NCBI RefSeq assembly: GCF_006345805.1
Contig: NW_021834458.1
Location: 1 to 48,110 of the forward strand
Direction of reading: 5' to 3'
Source of the DNA: Octopus sinensis
Taxonomy: Eukaryota
Length of the DNA: 48,110 nt
Every line of letters begins with the position of its first letter. The first letter of the stretch is position 1. Of the stretch, positions 25,296-38,669 are shown piece by piece. The translations under genes were made by a program, and so were the position numbers. Under the pieces are notes generated by a model that worked only from the letters and a program-made list of their open reading frames with translations, was not told the origin of the DNA and did no database searches.

Positions 25296-25671
25296 AACAA
25301 ATAAACCAAATAATTAATGAGATACACTCTCCACGTGTTGCACAGTAACTAAATATGCTCGTCTGAAATCTTGAATTGAAGCAATTTTGAAGAAAATCTC
25401 AAGCTGTGAGTAACTACGTAATCTTATGAAATTTAACCTGGCTTCACCTTATTGAAAAAAAAAAAATAAAGTAAAAAATGCTATTGTGAAACCTTTTATG
25501 CTTTGTTAAGTTGAGTAGGACTAGGAGAGAAGCTTTCTTTGTCTCATCATCGTAAATGTACATTTAAATTCATTAAATTTCATGTCAACGTCTTTAGAAT
25601 AGTAATGAGTGAGACCTAAGTGGTTTTTGATGTGGCAAATACCTGCTTGTTTGTGCTGCAAGTCATGAAAT

Positions 25672-25724
<53 letters not shown>

Positions 25725-26565
25725 AACTAATATAAGTAAAATAAAATACATAAATAAATATGTAATTAAAATTTGAGAAATGATTCAAGATTTAGGGTAT
25801 CCATTTCTATAAACACAATGATTTGTAAGCAAGTATGATAACCAAATTAACGTGAGGACAAAGAGCAGTAGAGACAAGCTGTTGCCCTGCATGATATCCT
25901 TCTTATGCTGTATCAAATTTGATTTGTTTTAATCACTGCTAAGAAGTAAAAAATGCTGTACCAAATCTAGTTTTGGCGTTCAGTAGCTGCTCTCAGCAGC
26001 TGTGGAACTCTAATTCGAAAGTTTTGATAATCCGCCCTGTTGTATAGTATTAAGGGCCTCTCTGATAGTCCAGCCACACTACGGTCAATTTCCTGCACTT
26101 CTTTACTATGCCCTCCCGTGACATTTTGTTAATTATCAGCTGCTCTGTATAGCTTCATGCTTCTCTCTTTCCTCCAGCTTGTTCATGCTTTGTTAGGGGC
26201 ACAATGACCCTATCGAAAGAGAGAGAGAGAGAGGATAAAGAGAGAGAAAGTGAGAGAAGAGAGTGGCCAGTGTATATCATACACATGATGTCTCAAAAAG
26301 CTGTTGAGAGATAATTTTTATCTTTGTGGGGTTATTTTTTGTGGGAAATTAGCAGAATAAAATCAACTGGAAACCGTTTGTGCACAAACGTACGCTTGAT
26401 TCTCTTTCCGTTAGCAATATTAGTTTAGATTCTTGTGCCAATATTCTGTAGCAAAATCTAGACCTGAAGATTTTCTGTTTGTGATTATTTTTATGCTGGT
26501 TTCAATAGTTATTCTCATATCGTTATTAATATGTTTGCTGTTGACCCATTCTTCATTATATAGAT

Positions 26566-26823
26566 CAGTGGTTCGTAACAAATTTTAAGTACAGCCCCTT
26601 TCGATTCCTATTTTACTCGGGGGATTGGGATGGAGAACTTCATTGCCAGTTGACGTTTAAAAAATCCTATTATATGTTTATAATCAATATTTTTATGAAT
26701 TATATAAAATTGCTTAAATATTTTGAGCATTGCAGAAGTATAACCAGTTCATTGTATATAATTTTAATAACAAAATCTTATGTGGACCCACAAGGGAATA
26801 TGGCCGCCATTTAAGAACTACTG
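26566..26823. mobile_element. hAT-type MITE with an 8-bp TSD
   Basis: TSD atatagat at 26558-26565 and 26824-26831. TIRs cagtggttc / gaactactg. Confidence 0.85.
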
Positions 26824-26991
26824 ATATAGATTTAGTAGCCTTCAATTTGTCCCTCTGTTAGTATGTATTTTTGCAGATATAGAATTGTTAGCGTTGAAAC
26901 TACAACAGGCTATTTTGGGATCCCTGGCAAAGAATCTATTTTATATTGACATTTATGATACGTATATTAATATTTTAGTTTAATTGTTGTA

Positions 26992-27554
26992 CTGGATTGT
27001 CCGTAAATTTCGTGCCGATTTTTAAAGGAAAGAAAAAGGTCAATAAATACTTGCCATTACATTTTTAATCAACCAAATATGAACCATTTTATTGCACAAT
27101 GCGTCTCCATCTTTCCTTTAACATGAAAATACCTTCTTCCCAAAATTGAGGTGGTTTCATGGCAAATAATTCATTAAGGTATCTTTTTACGTCATCCAAG
27201 GAATTGAAATTTTTACCATTAATTCTATCCTGCAGAGACCTAAATAAGTGGAAATCCGAAGGAGCAACATCTGGTGAATATGGAGGGTGGGGTAGCACAT
27301 CCAAGCCAAGCTGCAGCAATTTTTGCCTGGTTCCCAAAGCATCAAGTGCCGAAAATGAACTTTCTTATCTTCGATTTTAAAGGGTTACAAAATTAACACA
27401 GGTTATGGGAACATAAACCTTCCATGAAAAGATAGCTTAAGCTGTGCTCTAAATGGATGTTTAGTCAAATCCTATTTTATGAACTCAACCACGTTCTAAA
27501 ATAAGTTGAAAGGAAAGCTATTATAAATCGGCACGAATTTTCCGGACAACATAA
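26992..27554 (-). mobile_element. Internally deleted mariner with both TIRs and TA TSD
   Basis: 30-bp TIRs at 26992-27021 and 27525-27554, flanked by TA. Minus ORF LGLDVLPHPPYSPDVAPSDFHLFRSLQ...KERWRRIVQ*NGSYLVD* (27065-27340). Confidence 0.95.
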
Positions 27555-28393
27555 TAGATTCCTTTTTCAGCTGAAATAGTTTGAATTGTGTGCCCTCAGA
27601 TTGTTTTTCTCTTTGATATATTTCTAATGTTTTGTGAAAGCATCGTGTGTATTATATTCTATAAAGAGAAAAATCTTTCTGTCTGCCGACGTTCATTATT
27701 TGAGTTTTGGTGTACTCTGAGTACTAGGTGAACCCTTAACACAGTACACATTTCTATTGCATAATATAACTTGTAACTACACACACGTGATGTGTTGGGG
27801 ACTTGTAGTCAATTGAACTGAATACAGTAAACATTTTCTACAGCTCAACACCGGGATGTAATCCAATGTCAAAGGTGACTAGAAAGTTTTGAACCCGGCC
27901 ATTAATCAACAAAATTAATTACTGTTTATCACGCTACTCTCTGTGCCACCCTTACTGTCTTCATAATGAAATCACAGTAAATCATATAAACATAATTGAA
28001 TCAAGAATTTTTTTATGGCCCAAGACCAGTAATTTTAGGGTGTGAGAGTTCGTTGCATGATTGTATATTTTATGATCTGAGTTTGCATGTTTCTAATTGA
28101 AGTCAAAGTTTCGTATTTGAAATAATTAATAAAGTTCGTTGATTAGTTATCATTAGTCGTATTCATGCAGACTTTTGCAAGAATCAAATCAAATCTGTGC
28201 ATGTTTTTTCCCAGCGCAGCATGGCAAACGAACTTGCTAGTTTTATGATCATAGGAATGTGAGAAACGTTCCTTAACGAAATAATGTTTTATTTTTAAAG
28301 ATTGAAGCACCTGACTCAAAAGTTAGTCGATCTTTTGAGTGTATATTTCCATATTTCCAGCTCATTAGGATAAGGCAAGAATGGGATGACTGA

Positions 28394-28805
28394 GGCAGCG
28401 AGCTGGCAGAAACGTTAGCACGCCGGGCGAAATGCGTAGCCGTATTTCGTCTGCCGTTACGTTCCGAGTTCAAACTCCGCCGAGGTCGACTTCGCCTTTC
28501 ATCCTTTCGGGGTCGATGAATTAAGTACCAGTTACGCACTGGGGTCGATGTAATCGACTTAATCCGTTTGCCTGTCCTTGTTTGTCCCTTCTGTGTTTAA
28601 CCCATTGTGGGTAGTAGAGAAATAGGTATTTCGTTTGCCGTTACGTTCTGAGTTCAAATTCCACCGATGTCGACTGCCTTTCCTTTTTTCGGGGGCGATA
28701 AATTAAGTACCAGTTACGCATTGGAGTCAATGTAATCGACTTAACCCCTTTGTCTGTCCTTGTTTGTCCCCTCTATGTTTAGCCCCTTATGGGTAGTAAA
28801 GAAAT
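28394..28805 (+). mobile_element. Dimeric SINE family A with a perfect 17-bp TSD
   Basis: aagaatgggatgactga at 28377-28393 and 28806-28822. Confidence 0.93.
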
Positions 28806-29751
28806 AAGAATGGGATGACTGACACATACAGAAGTAGACTTAGGGTCACGTATGCTGTTTCTAACCCTCTTGACTGGGTAACTGTTAGGTAATTTCTTGC
28901 TATATCACTGACTATATCTAGCATCAGTTGTGAAGAACCTCGTTTTATATTTCCTTCGAATGGCCTGTTTTTCAAATTCCGCTTGTAATTTATCCTAAAG
29001 CACATGTAGAGTGTTAAACAGATTTTGTCTACTACGTCAGTTCATTTGGTTAAGTTTGGAATTTCATATGAATTACCGCTGACCATGGAACTTGTCTGTT
29101 GTCTGTTACAAGTTTTAATTATATTATTGTGTGACTATATGTTGCTGCAGGGATTGAAATTGCCAGTGAAGAGGGTTTTACTATTTAATGTTGTATTTAG
29201 AGTAAAATAAATCTGCACTGATTTGGGCGAAGGCAACGAGTCGTCTCACGGTATTTGTTCCGAATCTATACATTCTGAATTCAAATCTCACCAAAGTTAA
29301 GTTAACCATTAATCGTTTAGGGATTCTTAAAAAAAAAAAAGATATCAATGCGGAACGGTGGATTGGCGGAAAGGTTTGAGGGTCGGGCGCGATATTTACA
29401 ATATGTGTTCCCAGCTCATTGTTTTCTGACAGCAGTCTTTGATATATCTAATGCCAAGTTCTATCTGTCCATGTCGGCAGAGTTTTTCCTTTCGGTAAAT
29501 ATCGGTAGCGTAAAGAGGAGAGACATTCATGCACGGGTTCCAGTCTTTCTCAAAAACTGTTGCCATAGCCCTATACATACACGTGTAGATAGATGACCAA
29601 CGTTGACCTGGGGAAAACCTAAAGGTTTTCCGTAAATCTTTAGGTTTCATTTATATGGATCAATTTGTATTTGTTAGATCCTTTTGCTTGTTCATTAAGA
29701 TGTGTTAAGTAAAGTAAAGTGCTGGATATTTGATGTTCTATATATGTTTCA

Positions 29752-29830
29752 GTGAGGGCGCATAGCTCACTGGTTAGAGCGTCTCACTAACAATCATGTT
29801 GTAGTGAATTCCATTCCCGGACCGAGCTGT
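29752..29830 (+). mobile_element. tRNA-derived SINE head
   Basis: gcatagctcactggttagagcgtc A box, a decayed B box and no acceptor stem. Confidence 0.7.
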
Positions 29831-30324
29831 GTATTGGGTTCATCAGATTCATACATGCTTACATACATACACACTCCTATGGTGGGGCTTTCTATCTTTG
29901 CTAGAAACCATATTCTTCCTCTTCAGAAGTATTTAAATTATTAAAAATAGAAGAGATGCATACATATATGCTCAGCGGATGTTAGCATAAAGCTGAGGAT
30001 CAGTGAAAAAGAGAACACCTACGCTGAACTATTGAGAAATCTGCAGTTACCCTATCCCGATTACAAGATCTAGTTTATATCTAGAATTATTGAGGTTCTG
30101 GGATATGTAACGTACTGCCTAAATATCAACCTGGAGAAATTAGGGTTCTCAAAACCAGGAAAGAGAATGCTGATTCGGAGACTGCAGTTCTAATCCATCA
30201 CTGGAAATGTAAGAATCTATAAAACACCCCAGAAATTTATCACTTAAGTATATATTCGCATGTCTAGACATGCAAATATATGCATAAGACACGCATAAAA
30301 TAAAACGTACAAATCTACACGTAT

Positions 30325-30533
30325 ACAAACATACATACATACATACATACATACATACATACATACATACATACATTCATACATTCATTCATACATACAT
30401 ACCCTGTTGATGTTGTTGAAATTCCAATGAAGGTACCTTGGACCTAGTTTAGAAACCGGCTCTTTTTCTATTGGCAAGAAACCTTGAAATTAAACTGAAT
30501 AATGACATACATACATACACGCATATAGACACA

Positions 30534-30600
<67 letters not shown>

Positions 30601-30710
30601 CATACATACACATATACACACACGCGTGCACACATAATTACACACATATACATACATACATACATACGTATATACATACATACATACATACATACATACA
30701 TACATACAAA
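30325..30710. repeat. (CATA)n/(CA)n/(TA)n microsatellites flanking a short dispersed-repeat-like insert (30395-30505)
   Basis: Directly visible. Confidence 0.85.
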
Positions 30711-31189
30711 CATATGCCGTTAAATATGCAAATAACTCCCCTCTCCCCCCCACACATATTTTCGTAGTGATTTCCCTAAATAATCATTGTTGAAAGGCTC
30801 AAGGATCCGTAGCCACCTAGCATTATACCCTGCCCAAAAGACACACTGCAGAAAGCAAAACCACAATTTAGTAATTTCCTTTACTGAAAGAGACGAAGAG
30901 AGATATTTCTCGACTTCTGCTACGATTCAAGCATCCTCATAACTTTTGAGGAATTTTATTCGAAATGTTAAGTGTCAATTAACCTATTTGACTTTTCTCC
31001 TGCATTTTTATATCCGAAACAATGCCGGAGAGTCCTTATAATGAATCACCTTAATATGTCCATCACCTCTTTCATTATATTTGCTTGGTTTCTCTGCTGT
31101 TTAGTTAATCCAGGATGTCTTAGGCTTCCGTCAAAATCTGCATTAGTTTAAGGGTTTTCTGTACTCTAGCTGACGTTTCAAGCTATATG

Positions 31190-31234
<45 letters not shown>

Positions 31235-32026
31235 ACATACTAACACATATAAAATATTTAGATACACGCGGGCATGCGCGCATACACTCGCACACACACA
31301 CACATACACATATACAAACACGCGTATACAAAGTATATATAGATATATATATATAAAATATTTTAAAGATATATCTGCACATATATATTCATACATATAC
31401 ATATATATGTGTGTGCGTATATATATATATATACGCATATGCATATACATACATATATATATATATATGTGAATATATACACACATATATATAATATACG
31501 GACATATATATATAAATGTACATATATATACATATATGTATATATATATATATATATATATACATACATATATATATATATATTTGTATGTATATTTATA
31601 TATATGTATATGTCCGTATATTATATATATATACATGTATGTATTTATACATGCACACACACACATATCTATCCGTTACAAAGACATAGTTGTGTCTTTA
31701 ATCCCAATGTTTATTGTTCTACGTATTCTGATTCATTTTCTCATATTTTGATGGATGGAATCCAAGAATATTTTCTGTCAAATTAATTCTTCGCTATTTC
31801 TGTTTCCAGTATTATATCAAAAATGGTTTCTCTCTTTCATTCTACTTCTCTCTCTCTCCCTCGCTGTCTGTCTGTCTGTCTCTCATTCAGTCAGTCACTC
31901 ACTCACGATACACACGCACACATACATACACACACACATTCTCTGTTTCTCTGTTTCCTTTATATTTCTTGTCCCCTACACCTGAAACAATTTTCTGCTA
32001 ACCAATATTAATGTATACCAAAATTC

Positions 32027-32228
32027 GGTGAGCTGGCAGAACCGTTAGCACACCAGGCAAAATGCTTATCGGCGTTTCGTCCGTTTTCATGTTCAAATTC
32101 CGCCGGAGTCGACTTTGACTTTCATACTTTCGTGGTCGATAAATTAAGTACCAGCTGAGTACTGGAGTTAATGTAATCGACGAACTCCCTCCCAGAAATC
32201 ACTTGGCTTGTCCCAAATTTGAAATCAA
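32027..32228 (+). mobile_element. SINE family A
   Basis: ggtgagctggcagaaccgttagcac head. Confidence 0.85.
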
Positions 32229-32254
32229 TATGAATATATACTACAGTCACTGAA

Positions 32255-32561
32255 GTGGAGACACGTGGCCTAGTGGTCAGAGTAGCGGACTCGCAATCGA
32301 GGGATCGTAGGCTCGAATCTCAGACTAAGTGATGTGTATGTTTATGAGCGAAACACCTAAACTCCACGCGGCTCCCACACAAGGTAATGGCGAGCTTCTG
32401 CTGACTCTTTCGCCACAACTTTCTCTCACTTGTTTCTCTTGCATCTAGCAACTCATCTGTGACGGACCGACATCCTGTCCAGGTGGGGAACATGTACGCG
32501 AATGAGACCAGGAAATCGACTCTTATGAGCCAGGGATGGCTCAAGAAGGTACAAACAACAA
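32255..32561 (+). mobile_element. tRNA-headed SINE family C, full length
   Basis: gtggcctagtggtcagagtagcggactcgc...gctcgaatctc head and caaacaacaa tail. Confidence 0.9.
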
Positions 32562-32749
32562 ATCATTTTATACACATACATAAACATACAAAATAAACAT
32601 TAAACAAAAAAATCTATTTGTGTCATTATGCCAATAAAAATTAAGATAAACACACGCACTGGTGCAATACCACATCTTCATTTTACCAACGAACTATTCA
32701 ATAGTTTGTTTTATATGTTGATTGAAAAATCGATCAGTTTCAGTATTCT

Positions 32750-32794
32750 ATATCAGAGTCGTTTCATTGTTATCCGTGACCTCATCAATGATAT
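32750..32794 (-). ncRNA. Eroded type I hammerhead motif
   Basis: atatca-UUGAUGA-(16 nt, poor stem II)-GAAA-cgac-UC-tgatat, with a 6-bp stem I. Confidence 0.45.
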
Positions 32795-33179
32795 GCCTTC
32801 ACTCTTCAAGGTCGGTTTTGAGTCTTTCTGAGAGCTAGTCTTATGTCAATGTGTGTATCAGTCATTTTAATTTTTATTGGAATAATGAACCTCCTTAGAC
32901 ACAACAAAAATTGTTTCAGTACACAAATTCACATAAAAAAATCTTGCAAACGAAATACAAAATTTAAAAAGAAAAGAAAATATTTATGTAAAATGCGAAC
33001 CGAGTATCTATCTACCTGTGTATGTATGTATGTATGTATGTATGTATGTATGTATGTATGTATGTATGTATGTATGTATGTATGTATGCATGCATGTATG
33101 TATGTATGTATGTATGTATGCATATATGTATGTGTGTGTGTATGTATGTATGTATGTATTGTGTGTGTGTGTGTGTGTG

Positions 33180-33303
33180 TGGATCAGTCTGTTGTAGGTT
33201 CCAACATCCATATAGTAGAACAGTTGCTGCAAGACTAACTTGTGGTCGATGTGGAATTACTTGTAGGTCACTTGCAGGCCTTAAGAACCACGCGTGACAT
33301 CAT
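33180..33303 (+). mobile_element. Possible RTE-type LINE C-terminal zinc-finger remnant
   Basis: 33241-33300 reads CGRCGITCRSLAGLKNHA*H, similar to the CxxC..CxSxxGLxSHxxxH ends of RTE ORFs. Confidence 0.4.
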
Positions 33304-34154
33304 CAACGATGGCAAGATATTATAGCGATGATTTTCGGCATAATAACAATTCAGCTGATACTTTTAACTTCTTGAGGACTAACATGGAGGATCCTTTTCA
33401 GTTCACGGTCGTAAGAACAGTAACGATAACAATTATTCGAAACACTGGTACTCCCGAAATTAAAGTTACTAATCGTAGTATAACTGTAAATGATTTACCA
33501 TTTTAAATCTCTCATCTTTTCGAGAAAAGACCTGATAAATATGTAAGTAGATGCTGAGATTCGGACAATAGCATTATGTAATATGGGTGGCTAACAATAC
33601 AATCTTGTTTGCGAATAGGTTTATTCCTACATCGTGTTATTTTGAGGATGCAATTTTTAGCACTGCCTAAGAGTGATCCAAGCCTTGTGATTGACACTGC
33701 GTAGCCGTAAACCATTTCTATTTTGTAAAGTAATGTATGTGTTCATGATGGAACTACGATTTAATCGTAGTGATGCGAAAAATCATACCACAAAATCAGT
33801 CTCTGTTGCATTGGGAAAGATTCTAGGCCCTCATTAACTTCATAATATCATTCACCCATTGTAATACTGTGCGACTACAGATCAATCCTGATTTTAAAAA
33901 ATTATGATCAGACGTTTTTCTAGTCATAACTGCTTCGTCTCTTTTACTTAATGTGCCTAGGACTACAATTTCTTAACGTAAGATTTGCATTGAGGAAGAT
34001 TCCGCTATTGTAATAGCACGTCTGAGAGGTCATGAAAGGGTTGCCTTGATGGCTCTAAAGCTACCCGTGTCAAAAGATGACTATCATTCATAGAAGTATT
34101 ATTTCGTTTGCTTTTTTCTTCTAGTTCTTCCTGCAACAATTTCAATAAATCAGT

Positions 34155-34420
34155 CAATGATATATACCTCTTCATGTTACACGAGTTTTTGCCAACGTTC
34201 CACAAGCATTTCTACACTTTGATCTTAGCCAAAAGGCCGAGAAGCGTTTCGATGCCTTGAAAGTAGAAACCGCAGGGCCTTGACTCTCAGTTCCTCTTCA
34301 TTATATTCAGGAGGCTCTATATCAGGAAAATATGGTAAACCACTACAAACCAAATTATTACATACCATATTTTTGTCAAATTAGTGAGTGTTGTCCTGTT
34401 GAAGAAAATAGCGTACCGTA
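34155..34420 (-). mobile_element. Highly decayed mariner transposase remnant
   Basis: Minus frames YFLQQDNTH, LPYFPDIEPPEY (matching PYSPDLAPSDY) and EMLVERWQKLV*HEEVYIID*. TIR-like sequence at about 34855-34885. Confidence 0.7.
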
Positions 34421-34499
34421 TGTTGAAAGAATGGTAAATTTTAATTAAATTTGAAAATCAAAATTTGAAGAGAAAAAGTGAGTTATAAAAGGAGACCAT

Positions 34500-34828
34500 A
34501 AGCTATTACAATACAAATGATGTCTTGCAAACAACTTGCACATGCAAGTGCTACCAGTTAAAAGCTCCGTATACCGGAAGCTAGCAAGTGTATGGGGTCA
34601 TCAGGAGAGAATGCGCGCCGTTTCGGGGCCTACCTCTCGACGGCATCAATGCGCACCGGCCCCCCTCACTAGATCAGCTGGTTATGAAGAACTCAATATA
34701 CTTCTAGCCATCGCTCATCGTCTCTTTTTAACCAAATCCAGTGGTTAGCCTTCTCCACTGTAGATTGGATATCGGTCATGGTGGTATTGACTTTACGATG
34801 GGTTAGGCCTAGCGATAACAACAGTCGT
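34500..34828 (-). mobile_element. 5'-truncated HERO-like (restriction-like endonuclease) LINE: ORF C-terminus plus 3' UTR
   Basis: RLLLSLGLTHRKVNTTMTDIQSTVEKANHWIWLKRDDERWLEVY* resembles the AEKASxWLWxKR....W end of HERO-clade ORFs. A GC-rich 3' UTR follows. Confidence 0.62.
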
Positions 34829-35189
34829 ATTAATTCAAATGATATTGAAAAGAAACGAACGAATTTATCTGAGAGCCCCATAAGATGAAAATATCCAGAT
34901 ATATAGTCAGCATTCTCAAATCTTTATCTATTGCTAAACCGGATCAAAATGCCTGTGGATTCAGCCCTTCACATGCAGTAAATTGGAGTGCGTGTGTTTG
35001 TGAGTGCGTGTGTGTGCGTGTGTTTGTGAGTGCGTGTGTGTGCGTGTGTGTGTGTGTAAACAAACATGCATAGATACATAAATACATATAATGCATGTAT
35101 AAGCATTTATGTGAATGTACATGTCTATGTATATGTGGATATATATATATATATGTATATATATGTGTGTATATATATATGCATATATG

Positions 35190-35243
<54 letters not shown>

Positions 35244-35245
<2 letters not shown>

Positions 35246-35537
35246 CAACAATCAAGGAACGGCCATAATAGGCCATTCACCCACTAGAAATAACAGCCAA
35301 AGCTTCAACCGCAAATAAGAGTCAATTCCGTAAACAGGAGAAAATTTAAAAAAACATTTACCCTGTAATTTCTTATACGATGCACCGATGCATCGTATAC
35401 GATGTATAAGAAATTACAGGGTAAATGTTTTTTAAATTTTCTCCTGTTTACGGAATTGACTTTTATTTGCGGTTGAAGCTTTGGCTATTATTTCTAGTGG
35501 GTGAATGGCCTATTATGGCCGTTCCTTGATTGTTGAT
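35244..35537. repeat. Long near-perfect palindrome (arms about 135 bp)
   Basis: atcaacaatcaaggaacggccataataggccattcacccactagaaat...ttatac / gtataagaaattacagggt...ggccgttccttgattgttgat. Confidence 0.96.
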
Positions 35538-35633
35538 GTTGAACTTAAAAATGGTATATGACTATTTAATTTTTTCCCACTAGGCCGCTGGTGGCAAAAA
35601 AATTCTACAAAATTTTTTTGGCACCCTATATTG

Positions 35634-35682
<49 letters not shown>

Positions 35683-35899
35683 ATATATGTATATATGTAT
35701 ATATATATATATGTGTATATTTGTATACATTTATATATGCATACATATACATATGTGTGAGCTTGTCTGTCTAGTGATTTAAAACTCATTTTAATGACTA
35801 AACATATTTCGGGCACCGTAGTTATCCTAATAAAAACCAAGAAACAGCAGGAAATAATGAGGTATTTATTGATTTATGAACCTATGGATACAAGAATAG

Positions 35900-36008
35900 C
35901 AACAAAGTATACATATACATACATATACATATACATATACATACATATACATATACATATATATACATATACATATATATATACATATATATATATATTA
36001 TATATATA

Positions 36009-36070
<62 letters not shown>

Positions 36071-36150
36071 GGTATATGTATATATATATAGGTATATGTA
36101 TATATGGATGGATGTACGTATTGACATATATATATATATATATCTTTAGA
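35900..36150. repeat. (ATATAC)n/(TA)n microsatellite
   Basis: Directly visible. Confidence 0.95.
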
Positions 36151-37014
36151 CACACACACATATACGTGCACCTGTGTGCGAAACATGCTTTGTTCCACAT
36201 ACGTATTCACACATACAAGCATTACACATGCACACTGTTAATATTGCTAACTGTGTCTCTTTTGTAAGCTATCCCCCATTAACAGCATTTAGTTATGTCA
36301 TTCTCTCGTTAAAACATTGTAACAAAGTAATGCACATTGTTATATCTATATTTGAGTACGATTTTATATACAAATTTACACATAAACACGTATACCTTCT
36401 TGGATGTATGTATATATACGTGTGTTTGTATGTGTTTCTTTAAGTGAGTTTTTATGTATCTTTGTGTGTGTGTATTATATTCAAAATGCGTCTTTATTTT
36501 AAATTTAACTTACCTTATTAGTTTCTTTTTCTCCTCATATTTTGGGTATGAACCCCTTACAAATTGTTTGGGCAATAAAATCCCTACAACTATCAACTTC
36601 AAAATTTCTAAATTTTTACAATTTCACCAGTGGGACGCAAATCATTCTTAATGCGTTTACGTGGGTCATTCGTATGTCTTAATTTAAACAAACACAAAAT
36701 CCTAGCATCATAAATGGACACTGACAACGTATGAATTTGCTACACGCATCGAACTATCTTATTAGAGCCTACACAGATCCACCTCTTACAATTCCCTACA
36801 TATTTTCTCACGCTAACCTAAACCCCTACCTCCATACTGCACAATATATATATAAAATGACATTCCATTTAGTCATTAAAACTATTGCCAATGTAAACCT
36901 TTTATATACGACTCGTCTCAGATTTAAAAAAATATTCTCAGTCGGAATTGCAGCTCTTTATCAATGATCAAAAGTCTAGCTTCTGTAATTAGAAATAACC
37001 AAGACTTTGTTGTT

Positions 37015-37247
37015 GAATAGTTTTTATCACTAAAGCAAACTTTGGTTTCAAATTTTGATACAAGGCTATTAAATTCGAGGGAGGGGTAAGTTGATTACAT
37101 CGACTCAAGCGCTCAGCGGTAAATATTTTATCGACTCCAAAACGGTGAAAGTTAAAGTCGACCTCCAGTGGCATTTGAACTTAGAACTTGGAAGGAATGC
37201 CGCTAAGCATTTTGTCTATCAGAGTAATGATTCTGCCAGCCCACTGT
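37015..37247 (-). mobile_element. SINE family A variant
   Basis: gattacatcgac...aaagtcgacctc...gatttgaac...ttctgccagccc. Confidence 0.8.
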
Positions 37248-37422
37248 CTTTAACCAAATATATATTTTAATTCCTCACCTAAGGCATAAGGCACAGGTGA
37301 TTTAATAATTTTAAGTACAAGGTTGGCTCTTTATTTTGTGGATAACCAGAAAAATTTAATAGCAATGTTGTCCTCAGATGGATTTGAATTCACAATGTGC
37401 ATATATATATATATATATATAT

Positions 37423-37563
37423 ATTATATAAAAGGGCTTAGTAAAATAAATTACTTTGCCGCATACTGAACTCATTAGAAATAGCAGCTAAAAAACTTTT
37501 TTAAGGCTATTTCTAATACTTAAAGAAAATCTCTCTCAATCTTACTAAGCCCTTTTATATAAT
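37423..37563. repeat. Nested inverted repeat (22-bp outer arms, 12-bp inner arms)
   Basis: attatataaaagggcttagtaa / ttactaagcccttttatataat and attagaaatagc / gctatttctaat. Confidence 0.85.
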
Positions 37564-37686
37564 GTAATAATTTGAATTCGCCTTGAATGGTCCCTTTGCA
37601 TACTGAACACTTGGTGAAATTGATTAATAATTAATTAATTTTGCCCTCAATTGTTGAAATTATATATATATATATGTATGTTTATG

Positions 37687-37758
<72 letters not shown>

Positions 37759-37812
37759 TGTATGTATGTATGTAGGTATGTATGTATGTATGTATGTATG
37801 TATGTATATAAA

Positions 37813-38008
37813 GTTAATCCAAACAAGAAAGCACAAAAAACACAACAACGCGAGGACGTGGAACAAATATAGTATTATTGGACGCTCAGGAAAGAAGTAA
37901 AGAAGGAGGGTTTAACGTTTCGAGCTCTTCGTCGGAAACATAGGAGAAGGAAAGATCCAGAGAAGGGAAGACAGAGGAAAAAAATCGCCAACGGTACACA
38001 CGAGGTCA
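37813..38008 (-). mobile_element. Repeat family E, second copy
   Basis: Reverse complement of 6746-6942. Hammerhead motif at 37910-37939 with a collapsed stem II. Confidence 0.85.
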
Positions 38009-38669
38009 CATTTTCAAACCTATGTCTGGAATCATGTAAATGGATTCGAATAACACGGTCGTTATTGAAAAGTTTTTGCAGTTGGGACAGTGTATACTTT
38101 CTCTCAGGTAATGAACAATTTCTATCTTCGTCTGCGCTTTTACTTAACCCATTTGTGTATACACCGTGTGGATAATTTTTCCCATTCATCTCTGCATACA
38201 AACTTTGCAACCGTCTCATGTTAACTCGTTTATATATGAATAAAGTACTTGTAATTTTATCTGTTTGCTTTGGTCTACTTTAAAAATAGTCTATTTAGGA
38301 ATAAAACTAATTATCCAGTTCATGTGATCTATTTTATGCTTCCATCTCGTCCTCGAAACCAAACGTGCTTAGGGATATATAAGAATATCGTTCAAGAAAT
38401 GATGATACGACTATACCAATCGCATAGACGAAAAATTTAAGGTTTTATGCTGGATATTGCTTTCTGGGTCTCCTACGACAGGAAGAGCCTTATAACTGAT
38501 GTTTCAGTCCTTAAAAAATGGAAAAATAAAAAATTCCAAGATCCTGGCTTGAGAATAATAAGGACTGTTTTCGGTCCTTATACTTTATTAGACAGCTTCG
38601 TCCCAATTCAATCTTGATATAGAATATTTTCCAACTGTTACCGTTCTTCCTTATATATATATATATATA

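Noticed and set aside
29752-29830. tRNA-like sequence (also 20869, 32255, 12205)
   Set aside because: No acceptor stem and a decayed B box, continuing into SINE bodies. These are SINE heads, not tRNA genes.
30424-30462. CCAAUGA...GAAACCGGCUC hammerhead-like string
   Set aside because: G5 is missing, stem II is not adjacent to GAAA, and stem III is mispaired. At most a dead remnant.
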